Source of the DNA: the human T2T-CHM13v2.0 reference genome, Homo sapiens
DNA length: 64,000 nucleotides
Strand: one strand, 5' to 3'
Assembly: GCF_009914755.1 (NCBI RefSeq)
Contig: NC_060932.1
A program made the position numbers and the translations under genes. Position 1 is the stretch's first letter; every line of letters starts with the position of its first letter. The notes beneath the pieces were generated by a model, which searched no databases, was not told the origin of the DNA, and saw only the letters and a program-made list of their open reading frames with translations. Shown here piece by piece: positions 55,917 to 64,000 of this stretch.

Positions 55917-57985
55917 CTATTAGAAAATGGCAGAGCAGACGCTCAGACCAAAAACTGTCTTATGTCAAACTCCCACACCAAACTGTCCTCCAAAAAATGT
56001 CAACAGAAACACCAACATACTCAGAATGTTGTATGGACTGGGGATGGTATAAGATTCCTGCCCTCTGCCCCACTTTCTTGTGAAATTTTCTCCAGACCTG
56101 AGAGGACCAATAAATGACCCCTCCCTCACTCAACACTTCTGTCCTCTCTGGGCCACATATATTGGGGTTAAGAACATGGAATTTGGAGTTAAACTGGCCA
56201 GGATCTGAGCTCCTGGTGACTTAGCCATGGGTTTGCTGTGTGAAGCTGGGTGTGTTATTTAACCTCTCTGAGCCTCATTTTCCTCATGGAGAAGATTCAT
56301 TTGCTCTCAACCTTGTGAAGTAACTGTGGGAACTCAGGAGACAAAAGCTGTAGCTCATGGCCCAGAGCTTGGCCCCAAGGGGGACCCAGTAACTCAGAAG
56401 CCTCAGGGCAGGAGCCCCAGGGCAGCTCTTCTCTCTGGGCTGGCCTCAGCAGCATCCCCCTCTCCCCTAAGAGGTATCTTGGCCACCAAGGGGCTGAGTC
56501 TCACTGGGCTGTGTATCTTCAGAGCACAGCTCAGTGCCTGGCTCCTAGTAGACCCTTGGGAAATATGGGTTGTACAAATTCAAGTGGAAAGAGTAAATAG
56601 AAAAACAAATCTGGTTGGAAACTTCTGTGATGCTGTTTGTGCTTTTAGATATAATCTCCTGGAATCCTCTTATTATTTTAGTAATTTAGAATTTTATTAA
56701 GCTCCTTAAGAAGATGCCAGTCGACCTTGTGGTACTACAGGGTGCTGGCCCATTCCAGAGCTGAGCTTCAAAGTGGGTCGGTGGCCTAGGTATAGTATTC
56801 TCTCTCATGGGATCTGAACTCTAGGTCTTGTGATTCACACAAACATATGCGGGGTGGCCCTCAGATGTAATTTAAGGAACCTCTCCAAGGGACAGGGCCA
56901 ACTCTGGCTGGAAGTGCCATAAGTCCACTAGTAGGGTGGGCAGAAAGAAAAGACATGTGGGTGTGAAAAGACATGTGTGTGTGATGTTCCTCTCCCACCG
57001 CGGGAAGCATCCAGGGTGCCAAGGCTGGCCCACACCACCTCTGTGACCTCCCTTCCCTACCCTGCCAACATCCAGTCTACTCAACACTATATCGTGCATT
57101 TGAAGCCCGGCAATCGTTTTCTAGGGCACGACTTAGAAACTGGGACATAGATCACTATTGATTGGTGAAGACCAAGAGCATTTCCTCACAGGGCAGAAAA
57201 GGTCATTGGCAATTCATTTATTCATTCACCCATGCATTCACTCACTCAAGAAATGCTCTGATCAAGTGCTTGCTGACCTGGGGGTTGGAAAATAAGTGAG
57301 ACCTGGTCTCTGCCCTCTAGACACTTCTGGCCAAACACAAACAAGCATGACGCTAAATGCCCACAGTGGTGTGTGCTTTGCAGAGCCAGGTATGGCACTG
57401 GGGGAATAAGGGGTCAGCATCTTAACCAACCTAGTGTGAGGGAAGGGAAGGAAGGGGGCAGGGGGACAGGATGGTCTAATTAATAGAAGTGCTGGTCTTT
57501 AGGTTCCTGCTCATGAAAATACAGCATATACACCATCATCTTTATTCTCCTAAGAACTCCAACAAGATTTAATTCTCAGCCCTCATTTTACAGACAGAGT
57601 ATCAAGGTTGACAGAGGTGGGGTAATTTTTCCTAACAAGAAAATGATGCAGATGGGATCTGCACCCAGATGCCTGATGCTGAGTCCAGCCACTACCATCA
57701 GACAATCAGGAAGGGGCAGATGCAACTAAGACAGAAACTCAAAAGCTGAGAAGGGGAAGAGCAGCCCATCAGAGCTGCAGTTAGCATGGCAGAGCAGGGG
57801 AAAGGGTGAGATATGGTAGGGCAGAGGGGGAGGATTGAGACCTAAGGGGCTCTCGCCTGGAGCCTCCATTAGCTCAGGGTGGGGCAATGCCCAGAGAAGT
57901 GAAGGGAATTGTCAAAGATGCATGAACCCAGGGGCAGAGCAAGAATTTTGACCCAGCATTCTCTGCATGAGAACCTGCTGTTCTT

Positions 57986-58292
<307 letters not shown>

Positions 58293-58979
58293 ACTGCTGC
58301 TCTTTCCTCTGCAGGGGCTGCCTGGCCAGCCCTGGTCAACCTTGGGCCTGAGAGGAGCCAAGGTCAGCTGGGCAGTGAGGTGGGGGATATGGGAGGGAAA
58401 GAACCAGTATCTGCTTTTTTTCTCTTCTAGTTAAATAAAAGCTCAAATAACAAAAGTGCTACCTAAGCCCTAAGCCCTCGTGCGCACAAGGCCATATCCA
58501 GATGGATTCGCTAGGCTGGTTGGTCGAACTCCTCTGGAGACGGGGCCAAAGCTGGCAAATATTTAACCAGGGAGGGGACGGGTAGGTCCCATGCTTCCCC
58601 AGACCTGCACGACTCAGCCCTAGCGATGACCCCAGGTACTTGGAAAAAGTGCTGTGTGAGATTTCTGCCTGAATCTGCCTCCCTGTCCCCTACCACTGTG
58701 GTCTGGGGGTGTCTCCAAGCAGCTGCAAGCCTGAAAAGTGCAGGATCCATCTTTTGCTGGAAAGAAAACTTCTCCAGACCCTCAGCACTGAACAGCTGAG
58801 GTGAAGAAATCTTCTACAATCAGGGCATAAACGCTTAGAGGGAAGGTTTATTGTCTCTTCTTTACAGATGGGGAAACTGAGGCCCAGAGAAGGGAAACCC
58901 TTGCCTAGTGTCACCATAGCAGAATAGGGATGTAAACTCAGTCTCCTGACAGCCAGTTGTGGGCTTTATCCTCCCCAGC

Positions 58980-59340
58980 TTAGTCTGCCCGGGCTGCCAT
59001 AAACAAATACCACAGACTGGGTGGCTTAAAGAACAGGCACTCATTTCTCACAAGTCTGGGGGCTGGGAAGTCCAAGATCAAGGCACTGGCAGATCTGGTG
59101 TCTGATGAGGGCTCGCGTCTCAGTTTGCATGTGGCCACTTTCTTGCTGTGTCCTCACATGAAGGAGACAGAGATTTTGTGTCTCTTCCTCTTCTTATAAG
59201 GACAGTTACATCACAAGGGTCCCAGCCTCATGGCCTCCTCTAATCCTAATTGCCTCTCAAACGCCTCACCTCCAAACACCATCACATTGAGATTCAGGCT
59301 TTAACCTACAAATCTGGAGGAGGCACATTCAGTCCATTGC
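58980..59340 (-). mobile_element. MLT1A/MST-type LTR
   Basis: TTAGTCTGCCCGGGCTGCCATAAACAAATACCACAGACTGGGTGGCTTAAA. Confidence 0.75.
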
Positions 59341-59760
59341 ACTCCCCAAGACTGGGTTATACCTTGTACGTCTTTGGTTCTTCACCCAACTGCAAAATCT
59401 CCATCCCACCCCTCCCACTCTATTGTCAAAATCAGTCTGTCTCCTCCCTGGGTCCTGAGCACACTCCTCAGGGGCTCAGGAACCTCTTCATCTCTCTCTG
59501 CAACTCTGGAGCTGGCTCAGTGCCTGGCCTAAGGTGGGTGCTAAGGGAATATTTATTAAATCTATTTAACTTTCTCTCTTAATGCATTCCACATCCTGCT
59601 TCCAGAGTTATCTTTCTGTTTGTGTACAGGAGGGTAAGGTAGGTAGAGGGTTCAGCCCATGCAAAGGCCTCATGGCAGGAGTGTTCATAGTCAGTACTAG
59701 GAACTTGGAGGAGGCCAGTGTGTAGCTGGAGCAGAGACCAAAGGGAAAGTCTCAGGGCAG

Positions 59761-60136
59761 TGTGTTAGTCCACTCAGGTTGCTGTAACAAAGTACCACAG
59801 ACTGGGGGCTTAAGCAACAGACACTTACTTTCTCACAGTCCTGGAGGCTGGAAGTCTGAGTCCAAGGTGTCAGCAGGACTGGTTTCTTCTGAGACCTGTC
59901 TCTTTGGCTTGCCATCTTCTCCCTGTGCCTTGATGGGGTCTTCCCTCTGTTTGTGTGTGTCCCAGTCTCTTCTTATAAGGACAACAGTCATATTGAATTA
60001 GGTCCCACACTAGCAGCCTTATTTTATCTTAATTACCTCTTTAAAGACTCTCTCTCTAAATGCAGTCACATTCTGAGGTCCTGGGGTTTAGGACTTCAAC
60101 ATAGGAGTTTCTGGGAGACACAGTTTATCCCATAAC
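59761..60136 (-). mobile_element. MLT1A0-like LTR
   Basis: TGTGTTAGTCCACTCAGGTTGCTGTAACAAAGTACCACAGACTGGG...CCCATAACA. Confidence 0.78.
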
Positions 60137-60952
60137 AGGCAGGGCCTTGGAAGGCTTTGCAGAGCCTCAGGGAGTTTGGACCTTATTCTAAGTTGCTGCG
60201 AGACCAGCAGAAGCCTTTCAGCCAAAAGATAAAGTACCAGATTTGCTTTTGAAAAAGATCCCCATGGCTGGTGTGTGGTGATTCAGCTTCCAGGGGGTTA
60301 AGGGTTGAAACAAAGAAGAGGCCCTTGGAGTGGCCCAGTGGACAGATGATGGTAGCCAGACCAGGGCAGGTTGGGGAAGGTGGGGAGAAGTGGCTGGAGC
60401 GGGGTAAGTTTAGAGATAGAAATGACAGTCCTGCTGACAAGTGGATGGATGGAGGATTTGAGAGACAGAAGACATAAAGGAAAACTGGATTCAAATCTTG
60501 CTCAGCCTCATGGTGGTGAGGTGACTTTGGGGAGGTGATTTCATGTCTCTGGGGTCCTGCTGAGATGTCTGTAAAATCTGAATCAGGAGGCACAGCTCAC
60601 TGGCAGACGGGGAAGTAATGTGTGGAAGGTGTTCCGTGGAGGCGCATTCATGGGTAGTGATGCTGAGCATCTGATATATGCCCCCCAGGCCAGACACTGG
60701 GCCCGACATCCACGTTGGGGTGATCCACTCCCTGTAGGGGTATCTCCCGTGCCTCCCAGGGAGTCCATTCCAACACCTAGATGCTCTGTTAGATTTTCAG
60801 CAATGTCCACCCTTATTTCTCAGTTTTATCTCTCTGAGTCACCAAAGCAAGTCCACATCACACCTGTCCCTTCGGGCATGGGAGCCCCCTGTTGTATTCC
60901 TGTCCTGTGGCAGGATACCATGGAGTCAGAGATTTGGAGATTTGTATTTGCC

Positions 60953-61221
60953 TTTTTTTTTTTTTTTTGAGACAGGGTCTTGCTGTGTTGTCCAGGCTAC
61001 AGCCTCAACCTCCGGAAGTCAAGCTATCCTCCCAACTCAGCCTCTCGAATAGCTGGGACTACAGGTGTGCACCAGTGAACCCAGCTAATTTTTCTATTTT
61101 ATGTAGAGTCGGGTTTTCTCCATGCTGCCAAGGCTGGTCTTGAGCCCCTGGGTTCAAGCAATCCTCCCACCTCAGCTTCCCAAAGTGCTGGGATTCTAGG
61201 CGTGAGCCACCATGCCTGGCC
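60953..61221 (-). mobile_element. AluJ with deletion
   Basis: J-type arms, T tail. Confidence 0.85.
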
Positions 61222-63769
61222 TGGAGGTTTGAATCCCAGCCCTGGCTCTTAGACACTGTGTGATCCTGGCTGGTCACATCACCTCTTGGGGTCCTGCTTT
61301 CCTCAGACATAAGGTAAGCATAATCATAATCGAATCACAGGCTGCCGTGAAGAATAAACAAGATGAGCTCATACAACGGTCAGGACCCAATAAAGGGCAA
61401 CAATTTTAACATCAAAATCTATTTGTGAGAAAATAAAAGTTACTTAAACTTTGTGTGGGAGGCTTCTTGCAAGCTTTAGGATGGGGAAAAACAGATATGG
61501 TGGATCTCACAGTTTTATTTCCTGGACCATGCCTATGCCACCACTGAAGGCATTGGCTGGATCATTGGTTGTGGTTATTATCTTTGCTGGGGTCCTAGTC
61601 ATCTCCTCCCTGAGCACACTCTTCATGTGACCAGCATCTCAGTGCTTCTGTCCCACTCTTGTTACCGTGAGTTATGGCTGTCATCGACACCACCCTACAG
61701 CCCTTCAGAACGACTTCCGCCTGACGCCCACTCACTTCCTGCCGCCCTCAGCCAAGCATCATGGCCGCCCAGAACAGACTGGATGGGGATCAGGCTCTGC
61801 TTGGCCCACGGGCTTCTGCTGAGAGGAAACTCTCTGCCAACTGGGACATACTAGGGAAGGGGCTGAACTCTAGGTGGTCCCTACCCCACCTTACCAACCA
61901 CACACCCCTTATGTCTTCCATTCCACTCTGCCTTCCCTTCCCCCCACCCCATAAGAGGCCCTTCCAGACCCACTCACCTTTTACACAGGAAATGACCAAC
62001 AAGACCACCAAGGCCTGCATATCCCAGAGAGGGGCCTTAGGAGGATGCAGTTGGGGTTCCCCAACATCATTTTTGAGGCACATGCATAAGGTGTTAAATA
62101 AAATCAAGCCACAGCAGACAAAATTTCATCCTAGTTCCTTGCATCCTTCTAGTTACATCGAGGAGCAGGCCTCAGTTTCGCACCAGGGCAGATGCTAACA
62201 CCTCCTCTGCTCTCCTTTTAACCAGGAAAGAGCAGCCTCTGGGCTGGGCACCTCCCGCAGCAGCTAGACCTAGCTGGAAGTTAATATCTTTTTTGCTTTT
62301 GATTGTGTTTATTTTTACCCAGGCCTTTGATTTATGACCAGCCAAACTGCTTCTCCACTCAGAACAGCTATACACTGGTTATCCTTTAATTTTTATATTT
62401 CAATTTATACAAAGGGATCCATTAAATTTTCAAAAATATAGAGGAATGAGTTTTACAAAGTGCACTTGGATTATGTCAAAAATCATAATTGTGGTACACA
62501 AAAAACTACCATTTGGGAAACATTACTTGGACACAAACAGGAATCCAGGCAGGGAGAAAGTGAGGCCCTGGAAGGGGCTTCCTCTCAGCTAATACTCAGT
62601 GGAACTGGGCCGATGGAGGGAGTCACATTTGTTATGGGCTCCCTACGCACTAGCGTTGTACACAACCAGTTACTCTACACAAGCAGCCTGTGAGATGCTA
62701 TTTTCCCTGCTATGGTTCTGCAAACTGGGTTTCAAAGAGGTTGGGTGACTTTTCCAAAGTCACACAGCTAATTGAGGTACAGGCAAGACCAGAAGCCTTG
62801 TTTCCTGGGCATATGTTCTTAGAAAGAACTGTAGCCTAAACCCCTCACCCCAAACCCCCCTCTCCTTCCCCTGCTCATCTGGGTAGCTGAGTATATAAGG
62901 CCTGAGCTGACCTTTGTCTTGACATGAAGGGTGGAACTTCTCCTTGTACTGACCCACAACCAAATGCTGACTCACCTCCTAAACCCACAGAACTCAATTT
63001 TCTCCTACAAAAGCCACGTGCCAAGGAGTACCTACTTGGAGCTAGGGCCTCATTTATATTAAGTTGACTTTGCATACAGCCTTGTGTGTTAGCCCATTTT
63101 AGACCTCAGTATACTGAGGCCCAGACTGGTTCTATAACTTGTCAAAACTCACCCAGCTGAGAAGAAAAAGAACTGAAATTCCCACTCGCATTGGTCTGGC
63201 TCCAATGCTGACATCAGCATCAGTATCCCTGCCCTTGACCTACAATTTCAGAGAAGCCCCAGTCTTCCCTGACCCCACTATCTCTGCAGTAACCTGAGTT
63301 TCTCACCCCTAATCTCCCTCCTGGGGCTGGAAGCACTGTATTTGGCAGCATCTGTTAAAAAGGCCATGTGGACTCCCATGATGACAGTGGGCTCCTGGGA
63401 AGAGGTGGGATTGGGGATCTGAAGGAGGCAGGTAGGCGGGGCTCCTCCCATGAGAGATCCTGCCTCTGGGATGTTCATACCCTTGGCCTCAAGGGGCCAG
63501 AGCAGAGGGAAGGGTCTGGACTGGGAAATCAGAAATCTCTCTGCTGGACACTTACTCACTCCCAATGACCTTGGGCAAACAGTAGCCCCTCGGTTTACTC
63601 ATCTGTAAAATGGAAAAGAGCTTCAGGAATTTTGAACTCGCAGGCATCATATGGCCCACAAGCTTGTCCTGGTGTTTTTTACAAAAGAGGAATAATTCTC
63701 ATTATTTAATCTCTCTAAAGTAATGTCAGGGGGAGTCAGATAGAGGGTCTGTCTACAAAAGGTACATGT

Positions 63770-63983
63770 CCCTCCCTCCCTCCCTCCATTCCTTCCTTCC
63801 TTCCTTCCTTGATCCCTCTCTCCCTCCCTTGTTCTTTCCTTCTCCTTTCTTTTTTTCTCTCTCTTTATTCCTTTCTCTTCCTTTCTCTCCCTCCATTCCT
63901 CCCTCCCTCTAATGTCCCACCCTCTGTCCCTCCTCTTTTCTTTCTTTTATCTTTGCTTGTTTGTTTGTTTGTTTGTTTGTTTT
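63770..63983. repeat. (CCCT/CCTT)n pyrimidine tract and (TTTG)n
   Basis: Direct reading. Confidence 0.9.
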
Positions 63984-64000
63984 GGGGGAGGGCACACTGA

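Noticed and set aside
61755-61770. 16-nt identity (AGCATCATGGCCGCCC) to the RPL32 pseudogene start context at 33853-33868
   Set aside because: No flanking homology; a 16-mer self-match in 64 kb is expected by chance at roughly even odds

Overview
Human genomic DNA; an AluYb8 insertion marks it as human rather than another ape. It contains the 5' end and about 58 kb of upstream sequence of NDRG1 (minus strand, recognised from its non-coding exon 1; 8q24.22). Present: part of intron 1 (1-5220), exon 1 (~5221-5343) in a CpG island with TATA, EGR1/Sp1 and C/EBP elements, a full-length MER65-like (ERV1/MER4-group) non-coding provirus with an intact tRNA-Leu PBS (14450-~24115), a processed RPL32 pseudogene (33813-34320) and many Alu, L1, L2, MIR, MaLR, MLT2 and MER elements. 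I found no intact protein-coding exon. The most notable observations are two DNA-repair scars (a templated insertion at the ERV 3' LTR, and a 281-bp duplication around a THE1 LTR), alternative exon-1 donors flanking a (UG)19 tract with a uORF, and several candidate stress-responsive enhancers. I cannot support a wholly new biological system. Repeat family names and boundaries are read by eye and approximate.
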